A DNA stretch of 24,000 nt. It comes from Flavonifractor sp. AGMB03687 (GTDB lineage Bacteria; Bacillota; Clostridia; Oscillospirales; Oscillospiraceae). The stretch lies in assembly GCF_017811815.1 (NCBI RefSeq), contig NZ_JADKZI010000003.1, positions 319,549-343,548 on the forward strand, read 5' to 3'. The notes below the pieces were generated by a model. That model was not told the origin of the DNA. It worked only from the letters and a program-made list of their open reading frames with translations, and made no database searches. Position 1 is the stretch's first letter. Each line of letters opens with the position of its first letter. Of the stretch, positions 15,922-24,000 are shown piece by piece. Made by a program: the position numbers and the translations under genes.

Positions 15922-17552
15922 GGAGCCACCTCCTCTGGCCAGGCAATACCGTTGTATACCTGGTCTCTGTATTGGAACCTCACCGCCAAAGCGGCGGGGG
16001 ATTGCTGGTGGTCGCAGCCTGTGGAATCGCTGCCGCCTCCGCCCCCAAGTCCGTGCTCCTCCGGCGTACGGACGGAGCGGTGTCCAAACTGTTCAGGGAT
16101 CTCTCCCGCCTCCGCTTCCTCCCTGGTCAGGGGTTCATACCAGACCGTGAGGGAGATCTCCTCCTCCCCCTTCCAGGTCCGGCCGCCGGCAGAGCGGTAG
16201 TAGTCGGTAAAGAGCGCGGCAGGCTTGGGCACCGTATCCAGCCGATCGCTGCTGTATGTGCCGAAGAAATCGGTGTCGTCCACCTGTACCCGGTTATCCA
16301 CCTGCAACAGGTACTGATAGTTAATCTCCACCCGGAAATCCTCCACCTGGGCCGTATAGGTCAGGGCAGGCAGAACAGAATTGACGTGGGTGGCCAGGGT
16401 ACACTCCGGATCCACAGCTGTCCAATCCTCCAGAGGCTCCACCGCCCAGAAGTTCCCCTCCCGGACAATCCGCACCGGCTGGGACACCGCCACCGACTGG
16501 AAGTCCCCAGTGGAGTGGGCGAACCAGGTGGTATAGGCGTCCAGCACCAACAGGCCGGTGTAGTTCCCATCCGCCCCCTCCAGCAGGTTGTAGACTGCCC
16601 ACTCCGCCTGCACGCCGTCCTCTTTCTCGATACCCAGCAGCTCCAGCGGATAGGGGGTATCCAGCCCTTTCCGGGCCTGGGCAGCTGCAAACAGTTCTCC
16701 CTGCGCTTCCTCCGGGGCGGCCATCATCAAATAAATAGGGCTGTCTTCCATTATAGCCTTGGCGTAGGTGTCCAGGGCTCCGGCCACCGTGGTGGCCCGG
16801 TTCATCCTGGCCCTGGCCAGGGACACGGAATCGGCTGCCCATTGTTCGGGCATCTCCACCGCCCCGCTGGTCCCCACCAGGCAGGCCGCCGCCAGCACCA
16901 CCGCCACGCACCAGGAACCCAGAGCCACTCCCTGGGGGTAGCGCTTGAACCGGGCAATGGCCCCGATGCGGTGTTTGATGTTTTTTCCGCCGTTGGCCAT
17001 GGAGGTGGTGCCGGGTGCGCGTGCATACCGATTGTCCGCCATGGACAGGAGGATCACGCCGTACTCCCGGCGCTCCTCCCCCTCCAGCCGCTCCAGCACC
17101 CGCTGGTCGCACAGGGCCTCACTGTCGTTCTGGGCCTGGTCCCAGCAGTACCACAGCAGGGGATTGCACCAGTGGAGGCACCGCAGCAGGCATACCGCAA
17201 CTCCGGCAGCGTAGAGATAAAAGAGCCAGTCGGTGATGCTGACCGGCCCCGCCAGCCGCACCAGAGGAATGGGCGCCAGAACCTCCGTCAGCCCATAGGG
17301 GTCGGTGAGGACAGAGGAAAGGGAGCTCTCTGCCCCGGTCTTGGCTGCTTCCAGCGCCACATCCAGGCCGGGAATCAGGGTCCGGCCAAAGAACCCGGCA
17401 GGCAGCAGCAGTCGAATGGCCAGAATGGCCCACACCCCATACTGCCACCGGGGAGACAATTTATCCAGAAAGAGCCGCTTGGCAATGAGCAGCACCGCCG
17501 CCGTCAGGGATGCGGCCAGGGTCTGCTCCAAAAAGGCCCAGATGTTTTCCAT
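15918..17552 (-). CDS. BlaR1/M56-like membrane protein lacking the HEXXH-containing segment
   Basis: 544 aa. N-terminal TM region and CLHWCNPLLWYCWDQAQNDSEALCDQRVLERL align with the M56 core, but no HEXXH motif occurs. Follows a BlaI-family gene. Confidence 0.82.
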   Translation of the reverse strand: MENIWAFLEQTLAASLTAAVLLIAKRLFLDKLSPRWQYGVWAILAIRLLLPAGFFGRTLIPGLDVALEAAKTGAESSLSSVLTDPYGLTEVLAPIPLVRLAGPVSITDWLFYLYAAGVAVCLLRCLHWCNPLLWYCWDQAQNDSEALCDQRVLERLEGEERREYGVILLSMADNRYARAPGTTSMANGGKNIKHRIGAIARFKRYPQGVALGSWCVAVVLAAACLVGTSGAVEMPEQWAADSVSLARARMNRATTVAGALDTYAKAIMEDSPIYLMMAAPEEAQGELFAAAQARKGLDTPYPLELLGIEKEDGVQAEWAVYNLLEGADGNYTGLLVLDAYTTWFAHSTGDFQSVAVSQPVRIVREGNFWAVEPLEDWTAVDPECTLATHVNSVLPALTYTAQVEDFRVEINYQYLLQVDNRVQVDDTDFFGTYSSDRLDTVPKPAALFTDYYRSAGGRTWKGEEEISLTVWYEPLTREEAEAGEIPEQFGHRSVRTPEEHGLGGGGGSDSTGCDHQQSPAALAVRFQYRDQVYNGIAWPEEVAP

Positions 17553-17555
17553 GGA

Positions 17556-17921
17556 TCATACCTCCATGTCGTCCAACAGCTGCTTCAGCTCCTCCCGCTC
17601 CTGGGCGGTGAGCTTCTCCTCCTTCAGAAAGGCGGCCACCAGCTTGCCCGCCGAGCCCTGGTATACCCGCTCCAGCAGGCCCCGCCGCTCCTCCGCCGCG
17701 CAGGACTCCCGGTCCACCCCCGCTCGGTAGCGGTGTGGGGTCTCCTCCTTGTCAATGTGCACCAAACCCTTGGCCTCCATGCGGGTCAGGTAGGTGAGCA
17801 CCGTGTTGCGGCTCCAGCCGGTGGCGGGGCGCAGGGCTTCCACCGCCGCCCCCAGGGAAAGCCCCTCGGGCGCATCCCACAACGCATCCAGCACCCGCCA
17901 CTCCTTCTCGCTCAGCTTCAT
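17556..17921 (-). CDS. BlaI/MecI/CopY family transcriptional repressor
   Basis: MKLSEKEWRVLDALWDAPEGLSLGAAVEALRPATGWSRNTVLTYLTRMEAKGLVHIDKEETPHRYRAGVDRESCAAEERRGLLERVYQG. AGGAGG RBS before ATG 17921. Confidence 0.94.
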   Translation of the reverse strand: MKLSEKEWRVLDALWDAPEGLSLGAAVEALRPATGWSRNTVLTYLTRMEAKGLVHIDKEETPHRYRAGVDRESCAAEERRGLLERVYQGSAGKLVAAFLKEEKLTAQEREELKQLLDDMEV

Positions 17922-17932
17922 AGCAAGCCCTC

Positions 17933-17984
17933 CTACACCTGTAGTATCCATCTACATACTACAGGTGTAGGACGCCATTGTCAA
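17933..17984 (-). promoter_or_regulatory. Promoter and double BlaI-type operator of module 2
   Basis: Minus strand TTGACA (17984-17979), 17 nt, TAGTAT (17961-17956). Perfect 14-bp inverted repeat CTACACCTGTAGTA (17933-17946) / TACTACAGGTGTAG (17957-17970), each arm containing a TACANNTGTA box (17934-17943; 17960-17969). Confidence 0.8.
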
Positions 17985-18095
17985 CACTTTCGCCAAAATT
18001 TCGTAAAACGCGAAAAAAACCTACAGACCAGCCTCCAATTGTGGTACAATAGCCGTTGAATGAAAAAATGACACGAGAAGGGACGGAGACCGGAA

Positions 18096-19580
18096 ATGGA
18101 TAAAATCGGCTTTGACAATCAGAAATATCTGGAGCTCCAGTCGGCGCACATCCGTGAGCGGATCAGCCAGTTTGACAACAAGCTCTACCTGGAGTTTGGC
18201 GGCAAGCTCTTTGACGACCATCACGCCTCCCGGGTGCTGCCGGGCTTTGAGCCGGACAGCAAGATCCGCATGCTGAAGGAGCTGCGGGACTCGGTGGAGG
18301 TGGTCATCGCCATCTGCGCCAACGATATCGAAAAGAACAAGGTCCGCGGCGACCTGGGCATCACCTACGATGTGGACGTGCTGCGCCTCATCGACGCTTT
18401 CCGGGGCCAGGGCCTGCTGGTGGGCAGCGTGGTCATCACCCAGTACGCCGGCCAGCCTGCTGCCGACGCCTTCCGGCGCCGGATGGAGCACTTGGGCGTC
18501 AAGACCTACCTGCACTACCCCATTCCCGGTTATCCCCATAACATTTCCCTCATCGTCAGCGATGACGGCTACGGCAAGAACGACTATATTGAGACCCAGC
18601 GGCCCCTGGTGGTGGTCACCGCCCCCGGCCCCGGCAGCGGCAAGATGGCGGTGTGCCTGTCCCAGCTGTACCACGAGTACAAGCGGGGCGTGAAGGCGGG
18701 CTACGCCAAATTTGAGACCTTCCCCATCTGGAATCTGCCCCTCCAGCACCCGGTGAACCTGGCCTACGAGGCCGCCACCGCCGACCTGGGGGACGTGAAC
18801 ATGATCGACCCCTTCCATCTGGCCGCCTACGGCGAGACCACGGTGAACTACAACCGAGACGTGGAGATCTTCCCCGTCCTCTCCGCCATGTTCGAGAAGA
18901 TCATGGGGGAGTGTCCCTACAAGTCCCCCACCGACATGGGCGTGAACATGGCGGGCAAGTGCATCGTGGACGACGACGCGGTGTGCGCCGCCGCCCGGCA
19001 GGAGATCGTCCGCCGGTATTACACCGCCCTGTGTGACCGCCGCATCGGTACTGCCACCGACGATCTGGTGTACAAGCTGGAGACCGTCATGCAACAGGCC
19101 CATGTGGACGTGTCCATCCGCCCGGTGGTGGCTGCCGCCGCCCAGGTGGCCGAGGAGACCGGCAACCCCGCCGGCGCCATCGAGCTGCCCAGCGGCGAGG
19201 TGGTCACCGGCAAGACCACCGATCTGATGGGCGCCTCCTCCGCCACCCTGCTCAACGCCCTCAAGCGGCTGGCCGGCATCGACCATGAGCACCACCTGAT
19301 CTCCCGGGAGGCTCTGGAGCCCATCCAGCAGGTGAAGGTCCACCACCTGGGCTCTGTGAATCCCCGGCTCCACTCCGACGAGATCCTCATCGCCCTGGCC
19401 ATCTCCGCCACCGCCAATCCCCTGGCCAAGCGGGCTCTGGATCAGCTCTCCGCCCTGCGTGGCTGCGAGGCCCACTCCTCCGTTATTCTCTCCCCCGTGG
19501 ACTCCCACACCTACAGCCGTCTGGGCCTCCGCCTCACCTGCGAGCCCCAGTATGAGACCAATAAGCTGTACCACAAGTAA
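18096..19580 (+). CDS. DUF1846 domain-containing protein
   Basis: 494 aa. MDKIGFDNQKYLELQSAHIRERISQFDNKLYLEFGGKLFDDHHASRVLPGFEPDSKIRMLKEL... is the well-conserved DUF1846 N-terminus. GAGACGGA RBS region upstream. Confidence 0.92.
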   Translation: MDKIGFDNQKYLELQSAHIRERISQFDNKLYLEFGGKLFDDHHASRVLPGFEPDSKIRMLKELRDSVEVVIAICANDIEKNKVRGDLGITYDVDVLRLIDAFRGQGLLVGSVVITQYAGQPAADAFRRRMEHLGVKTYLHYPIPGYPHNISLIVSDDGYGKNDYIETQRPLVVVTAPGPGSGKMAVCLSQLYHEYKRGVKAGYAKFETFPIWNLPLQHPVNLAYEAATADLGDVNMIDPFHLAAYGETTVNYNRDVEIFPVLSAMFEKIMGECPYKSPTDMGVNMAGKCIVDDDAVCAAARQEIVRRYYTALCDRRIGTATDDLVYKLETVMQQAHVDVSIRPVVAAAAQVAEETGNPAGAIELPSGEVVTGKTTDLMGASSATLLNALKRLAGIDHEHHLISREALEPIQQVKVHHLGSVNPRLHSDEILIALAISATANPLAKRALDQLSALRGCEAHSSVILSPVDSHTYSRLGLRLTCEPQYETNKLYHK

Positions 19581-19622
19581 TTTCTCACAAGAGAATTACA
19601 TTTTGTATTGAATTTGACTATA

Positions 19623-19658
19623 AAAAATGGACGCAGCCTTTTGGCTGCGTCCATTTTT
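19623..19658. terminator. Bidirectional terminator between DUF1846 gene and convergent lipoprotein gene
   Basis: AAAAATGGACGCAGCC (19623-19638) TTTT GGCTGCGTCCATTTTT (19643-19658), symmetric, with A-tract and T-tract. Confidence 0.9.
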
Positions 19659-19669
19659 CCGTTCCTGTC

Positions 19670-20497
19670 TCAGGCCGCCAGAGCCTCAGCGGGGATCTCA
19701 AAGTCGGCCACATTGTTGAAGTTGGAGCAATCCATGGTGACCTCCACCTTGCTCATGGTCAGGGTGTCGCCGCCCTCCACGCCGGACAGCGCCTTCTTCA
19801 TCATGGTCTGCATCACGTTGGTCATGTCCATGTAGTACCGCACAGGATAACCGGTGGCCTGGTCGATCCAGACGGTGATGGGCATGTCGCCCAGGCCGCT
19901 GTACAGGTCCTCCAGGTTCATGCCCATGGTGGTCTCCAGGGAGGAGGTGGCACCGCTGGCCTTCATGACCTCCGCCAGCGCGTCGCCCTTGATGATGCCG
20001 GTGTACTTATCGGCGGTGGCACCGTTAACCTCCTCGGTGCCCGCATGGATGTACTCCGCGCCGCTGCTCAGATAGAGGTCCATGCTCTGCTGGGCATCGT
20101 ACTGCTTCAGCTGGCTGGCGTCGGCGGACTGGGTGGTCCAGTTGGTGCCGTCAAACATGTAGATGGTGTAATCGCCGTTGGTGGTGTCGGCATAGACGCT
20201 CATGGATACGGAACCCAGAGCCCCCATGCTCATGGTCATGTCCGCCTTCACCTTGACGGGGTCGTTGAAGCAGGACATATCCATTTTGGTGTCGGTCTCA
20301 ATGCTCTGGCCCATGACGGACATGTCCATCTCCATGAACATAGTGGCGTCCATGCTCTTCACCGCGTTCATCTTCTCCATGGCCGCCTTGATGCTGTCCG
20401 CCGCGTCCCCCTTGCTGGCTCCGTTGCCACAGGCCGCCATGGACACCGTCAGCAGGGCGCCCAGCGCAAGGGCCGCCACTCTCTTTCCCAGTTTCAT
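19670..20497 (-). CDS. Putative lipoprotein (DUF6612-like / LppX-LolA-like fold suspected)
   Basis: 275 aa with signal peptide and lipobox MKLGKRVAALALGALLTVSMAACGNG. Repeated two-residue beta-strand pattern and C-terminal WIDQATGYPVRYYMDMTN. Confidence 0.8.
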   Translation of the reverse strand: MKLGKRVAALALGALLTVSMAACGNGASKGDAADSIKAAMEKMNAVKSMDATMFMEMDMSVMGQSIETDTKMDMSCFNDPVKVKADMTMSMGALGSVSMSVYADTTNGDYTIYMFDGTNWTTQSADASQLKQYDAQQSMDLYLSSGAEYIHAGTEEVNGATADKYTGIIKGDALAEVMKASGATSSLETTMGMNLEDLYSGLGDMPITVWIDQATGYPVRYYMDMTNVMQTMMKKALSGVEGGDTLTMSKVEVTMDCSNFNNVADFEIPAEALAA

Positions 20498-20669
20498 TCC
20501 GTACGCCTCCTTGTTGGTAAAATAAGGTGATTTGTTTCCAATACGGATATTCTATGTTCAGTTTATCATAGGCATCTCGGTTTGTCTTCTCTTTTTTCTG
20601 AAGGTTTTCTGAAATCCCAAAAAGAATCCCTTTGTGAAAATCGGCCGTGGGTTTTTCCGCCGCCCCGTG

Positions 20670-20675
20670 TATAAT
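20670..20675 (+). promoter_or_regulatory. Putative -10 element for the sigma factor gene
   Basis: TATAAT at 20670-20675 about 23 nt upstream of GTG 20698. No convincing -35 hexamer. Confidence 0.4.
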
Positions 20676-20697
20676 GGAACAGAGAGGGGGTGCCGGT

Positions 20698-21246
20698 GTG
20701 GAAGAGCAGAACATCATAAAGCGTCTGCTGGAGCGGGACGAGGCCGGGCTGCACGATCTGCTGCGGTATTACGGTCCGCTGATGCGCTATATCATCGCGC
20801 CCATTGTGACGGACCCCCAAGACCAGGAGGACTGCCTGTCGGAGGCGGCCATGCGGGTGTGGGACCGGGTAGACCAATTTGACCCCAGCCGGGGCAGCTG
20901 GAACGCCTGGCTCACCGCCGTGGTCCGCAACACCGCCCGGAACCACCGACGGGCCGGCCAATCCCACCACAGCACCCAGGACCTGGACGAAAACACCCCG
21001 TCCCCCCAACCTAACCCAGAGGAGCTGCTTCTGCGGCAGGAGCGGCAGGCCGCCGTCAACCAGGCCCTGGCCCGCCTCTCCCCCGACGAACAGGCCCTCT
21101 TTTACCGAAAATACTACTACTTACAGCCCACCGCTCAGATCGCCGCCGAACTGGGCACCACGGAGCGGGCGGTGGAGGGCAGGCTCTACCGGCTGAAAAA
21201 GCGGCTGCGGAAACTGTTGGGAGGTGAGGGATATGCGGGAACCTGA
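20698..21246 (+). CDS. RNA polymerase sigma factor, sigma-70 family (ECF-like)
   Basis: GTG 20698 after an AGAGAGGGGG RBS (track ORF begins at 20647). Region 2-like LRYYGPLMRYIIAPIVTDPQDQEDCLSEAAMRVWDRVDQFDPSRGSWNAWLTAVVRNTARNHRR. Region 4-like LARLSPDEQALFYRKYYYLQPTAQIAAELGTTERAVEGRLYRLKKRLRKLL. Confidence 0.92.
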   Translation: MEEQNIIKRLLERDEAGLHDLLRYYGPLMRYIIAPIVTDPQDQEDCLSEAAMRVWDRVDQFDPSRGSWNAWLTAVVRNTARNHRRAGQSHHSTQDLDENTPSPQPNPEELLLRQERQAAVNQALARLSPDEQALFYRKYYYLQPTAQIAAELGTTERAVEGRLYRLKKRLRKLLGGEGYAGT

Positions 21247-22708
21247 CTGGGCGTCCATGGATGAGCAGGAATTTGAAGCCCTGCTGGAAGGCAGCGTCAC
21301 CCAGCCCCCGCCGGAACATGTGGTGGCGGAGGTCACCCCCTGGCGGCTGGCCACCAGGCGCATCCTCACCGGCATCGGCCTCACCTCCATTACCCTGAAT
21401 TTCTTTTGGCTCAACTACCTCCTCCCCGCCATCGGCATGACGCTGATGCTGCTGGGCTTCCGGGCCCTGCGGCGGGAAAACCGGTGGCTGTCCCTCTGCT
21501 TTGGGCTGGCGGTGCTGCGCGCCATCTATCTGTATGCCACACTGATCCTCAACAGCACCATCTGGTTCAGCATGGCATCTTCTTCCCCCGTAGTCCATGG
21601 ATTGACCGTGCTCAATCTGGCCCTTACGTACATGCAGCTTCTCTGCCTGTGGGGCGGGTTCCGGACCGTCCAGCAAAAGGCAGGGCTGCCGCCCCACGCC
21701 GGTTCTGCTGTGGCTCTGCTGGTCTGGTATGGAATCATCGGCCTGCTGGCGGCATTACAATACAACGGGCTGATTCTGCCCCTTGCCCTTCTGATCAGCT
21801 ACATCTGCATCCTTCGCAGCCTGTGGAAGCTGTCCAAGCAGCTGGACCAGGCGGGCTACGCCGTCCGCCCCGCGCCGGTTCGCATTGAGGACGGCATTGT
21901 GGCCGTGGCTATCACCATTCTGCTGGTGGTGGGCTGCCTTTTGGGCTGGCTGCTGGGGTGCAAGTATCCCATGAACTGGCAGGCGGCAGACCCTGCCGAG
22001 CACAGCGGCGTGGAGGAGATCGAGGCGCAGCTGCTGGAGCTGGGCTTCCCCGACTATGTGCTCCAAGATCTGACCGCCGAGGATATCGCCGCCTGTGACG
22101 GAGCCCTGCGGGTGGTGGCAGAAACAAGGGAAGAACCCATGAACGGCAATGACCTGGAAGCCCCGCATGTCACCAGCGTGGCTGTAAAACTGCCCGGCGA
22201 GCAAGAGCGATGGATGATGATCCATCACTTTTCCTGGGCAGAATACCCCGGCTTCTACGGCACTGAGTCCATTCAGATCTGGCCGGCTTATCAGGATTTC
22301 GAGGTCTGGCGGCCCAGTGGTGAGGCGACCGGCCGGGTACTGTATGACAAGAACGGGCAGACCTATACCGCACCTTACTACTTTCTGGGCGACCAAACCT
22401 TTACCTCAGACAGTATGTTTTGGGGAGAGCAGACCAGCACCGACCTCTTTGCCGCCTTCTCCATGCCCGGGACAGGGGAACATCATAGAGGGTACCTGGC
22501 TTATTCGATCCAGTCGGTTGGGGAGACTCGTCTCATCAGCAGCTGGTTCAACTACACCCACCAGCGCACTGGTCTTCAATACCCCGTTGTGACCGCCATG
22601 GAACATCGGATGAGTGGTATCTGGTACCACTCTGGCCCGTTCCAGCTCATGCAGTATTCCGCACAATTCCTCACTTCGGAACTGAATGAAGCGTCTCCGA
22701 CACCGTAG
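21233..22708 (+). CDS. Hypothetical membrane protein, possible regulatory partner of the upstream sigma factor
   Basis: ATG 21233 overlaps the sigma-factor stop. About 491 aa with a cluster of hydrophobic segments (LTSITLNFFWLNYLLPAIGMTLMLLGF, LIGLLAALQYNGLILPLALLISYICILRSLW, IVAVAITILLVVGCLLGWLLG) and a soluble C-terminal domain. Confidence 0.75.
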   Translation: MREPDWASMDEQEFEALLEGSVTQPPPEHVVAEVTPWRLATRRILTGIGLTSITLNFFWLNYLLPAIGMTLMLLGFRALRRENRWLSLCFGLAVLRAIYLYATLILNSTIWFSMASSSPVVHGLTVLNLALTYMQLLCLWGGFRTVQQKAGLPPHAGSAVALLVWYGIIGLLAALQYNGLILPLALLISYICILRSLWKLSKQLDQAGYAVRPAPVRIEDGIVAVAITILLVVGCLLGWLLGCKYPMNWQAADPAEHSGVEEIEAQLLELGFPDYVLQDLTAEDIAACDGALRVVAETREEPMNGNDLEAPHVTSVAVKLPGEQERWMMIHHFSWAEYPGFYGTESIQIWPAYQDFEVWRPSGEATGRVLYDKNGQTYTAPYYFLGDQTFTSDSMFWGEQTSTDLFAAFSMPGTGEHHRGYLAYSIQSVGETRLISSWFNYTHQRTGLQYPVVTAMEHRMSGIWYHSGPFQLMQYSAQFLTSELNEASPTP

Positions 22709-22768
22709 GGGCCGATGCCCACATCGGCCCGTCAAACAAAGAAGCGCCCCCGCCCCATGCCCGGGCGC
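22709..22768. terminator. Two hairpins between convergent genes (weak terminator candidates)
   Basis: GGGCCGATG (22709-22717) CCCA CATCGGCCC (22722-22730), and GCGCCC (22744-22749) / GGGCGC (22763-22768). Neither has a strong U-tract. Confidence 0.4.
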
Positions 22769-22780
22769 GTCTGTGTTTTG

Positions 22781-24000
22781 TTATTCTGCCGCTTCCGGCA
22801 TCCCCGAGGCGGCGGCGGTGGGGTTAGCCGGGGCAGCGGGGGGTGCGGACACGTAGCGGACAAAGTGGAAGGTGAAAGAGCCTCTGCCCTGAGTCATGGA
22901 CCGCAGGTCAATAGCATAGCGGCTCATCTCCGCCATGGGCACCTCGGCCTCCACCACCTGGTTTCCGTCGCCGTCGGGATTCATACCCATGACGCGGCCC
23001 CGGCGCTTGTTCAGGTCGCCGATAACGTCGCCCATGTAGCTGTCGGGGATGGTGACCTTCAGCTCGCCGATGGGCTCCAGCAGTACGGGGCTGGCCTGGG
23101 GCATACCGGCCTTGTAGGCCAGCTGCACAGCGGTCTTAAAGGCCATTTCGGAGGAGTCAACGGGGTGATAGGAGCCGTCGAACAGGGTGGCCTTCAGGTA
23201 CACCACGGGATAGCCCGCCAGCACGCCATGGACCACGGCCTCACGCATGCCCTTCTCAACGGCGGGGAAGTAGTTCTTGGGCACAGCGCCGCCCACGACC
23301 TCCTCGCAGAACTGGAGCTCCTCAGTGTCGCCGGGCTCGAAGCGCATCCAAACGTCGCCGAACTGGCCGTGACCGCCGGTCTGCTTCTTGTGGCGGCCCT
23401 GGACCTCCACCTTCTTGCGGATCTTCTCACGGTAAGCCACGCGGGGCTCGGAGAGCTCGGCATCCACGCCGAAGCGGCTCTTCAGGCGGGAGACGATGAC
23501 GTCCATCTGCATATCGCCGGTACCGGAAACCACCATCTGGTGGGTCTCGGCGTTGTTCACCCAGTTGAAGGTGAGATCCTCTTCGTTCAGGCGGGTAAGA
23601 CCGGCAGCAATCTTGTCCTCCTGGCCCTTGGTCTTGGGGCTGATGGCCACGGAATAGCAGGGCTCGGGGAAGGGGATGGGCTCGATCTTGACCACCTTAC
23701 GGGGATCAGACAGCGTATCGCCGGTCTTCACCTTGTCCATCTTGCCGATGGCGCCGATGTCGCCGCACTCCAGCTCCTTGACTTCCTCGGCCTTCTTGCC
23801 CTTCATGACATAGAGGCGGCCCAGCTTCTCGGTAGCGCCGGTGCGGGCGTTGACCACCTGCATATCAGGCTTCAGGTTACCGGAGAGCACCTTTACATAG
23901 GAATACTTGCCGTACTGGTCGGACACGGTCTTCCACACAAAGGCGCAGGGCAGAGCGCCGGGGAAGGCCACGAACTCGTCCAGCTCGCCCTTCTCGTTCT
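22781..24000 (-). CDS. Elongation factor G-like GTPase, C-terminal part (gene runs off the right edge)
   Basis: Open frame continues to the window edge. KTKGQEDKIAAGLTRLNEEDLTFNWVNNAETHQMVVSGTGDMQMDVIVSRLKSRFGV, KKQTGGHGQFGDVWMRFEP, YLKATLFDGSYHPVDSSEMAFKTA, EPIGELKVTIPDSYMGDVIGDLNKRRGRVMGM match EF-G domains III-V, with an EF-G2-like flavour. Confidence 0.92.
   Translation of the reverse strand, partial: NEKGELDEFVAFPGALPCAFVWKTVSDQYGKYSYVKVLSGNLKPDMQVVNARTGATEKLGRLYVMKGKKAEEVKELECGDIGAIGKMDKVKTGDTLSDPRKVVKIEPIPFPEPCYSVAISPKTKGQEDKIAAGLTRLNEEDLTFNWVNNAETHQMVVSGTGDMQMDVIVSRLKSRFGVDAELSEPRVAYREKIRKKVEVQGRHKKQTGGHGQFGDVWMRFEPGDTEELQFCEEVVGGAVPKNYFPAVEKGMREAVVHGVLAGYPVVYLKATLFDGSYHPVDSSEMAFKTAVQLAYKAGMPQASPVLLEPIGELKVTIPDSYMGDVIGDLNKRRGRVMGMNPDGDGNQVVEAEVPMAEMSRYAIDLRSMTQGRGSFTFHFVRYVSAPPAAPANPTAAASGMPEAAE

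Noticed and set aside
15909-18059. 716-aa plus-strand ORF (and the 12381-12719 and 13368-14432 plus ORFs)
   Set aside because: All lie opposite BlaR1/BlaI genes and have composition typical of reverse-frame translation of GC-rich coding DNA.
18021-19574. 517-aa minus-strand ORF opposite DUF1846
   Set aside because: Antisense shadow. The plus-strand product is a recognised family.
1-24000. CRISPR arrays, transposons/IS ends, prophage, tRNA/rRNA, biosynthetic or defence islands
   Set aside because: No spaced direct repeats, transposase/integrase-like products, phage structural genes or recognisable structural RNA sequences were seen in any frame provided.

Overview
This window looks like a GC-rich, Clostridia/Oscillospiraceae-like chromosomal segment. 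That taxonomic guess rests on protein flavour only. It is densely packed with mostly conserved genes. From left to right it holds: icd 5' end (-), MATE transporter (+), YeiH/UPF0324 exporter (-), asnA (+), short-chain fatty acid transporter AtoE-like (+), DUF3842 (+), a small membrane ORF (+), a PRK06851-like ATPase (-) and a LysR regulator (-). Next come selD with an in-frame UGA (+), YedE-like selenium transporter (+), a short YedF/TusA-like protein (+), DUF3343 (+) and uridine kinase (+). Two adjacent BlaR1/BlaI (M56 + penicillinase-repressor) modules follow (-), then DUF1846 (+), a lipoprotein (-), a sigma-70-like factor with an overlapping membrane protein (+), and the C-terminal part of an EF-G-like protein (-). 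The strongest finding is that selD is split by UGA at 8643-8645, exactly at the catalytic residue 17 position, inside a selenium gene cluster. Other points worth a look: (i) the two BlaI/BlaR1 modules with recognisable promoter/operator architecture, including a 14-bp perfect inverted repeat with two TACANNTGTA boxes; (ii) the second BlaR1-like protein lacks the HEXXH segment; (iii) an unlisted 53-aa ORF is coupled to the first blaR1 by an ATGA overlap; (iv) a 16-bp perfect inverted repeat lacks a U-tract. I saw no CRISPR array, transposase, phage cluster, rRNA or tRNA, and nothing that clearly represents a wholly new system.
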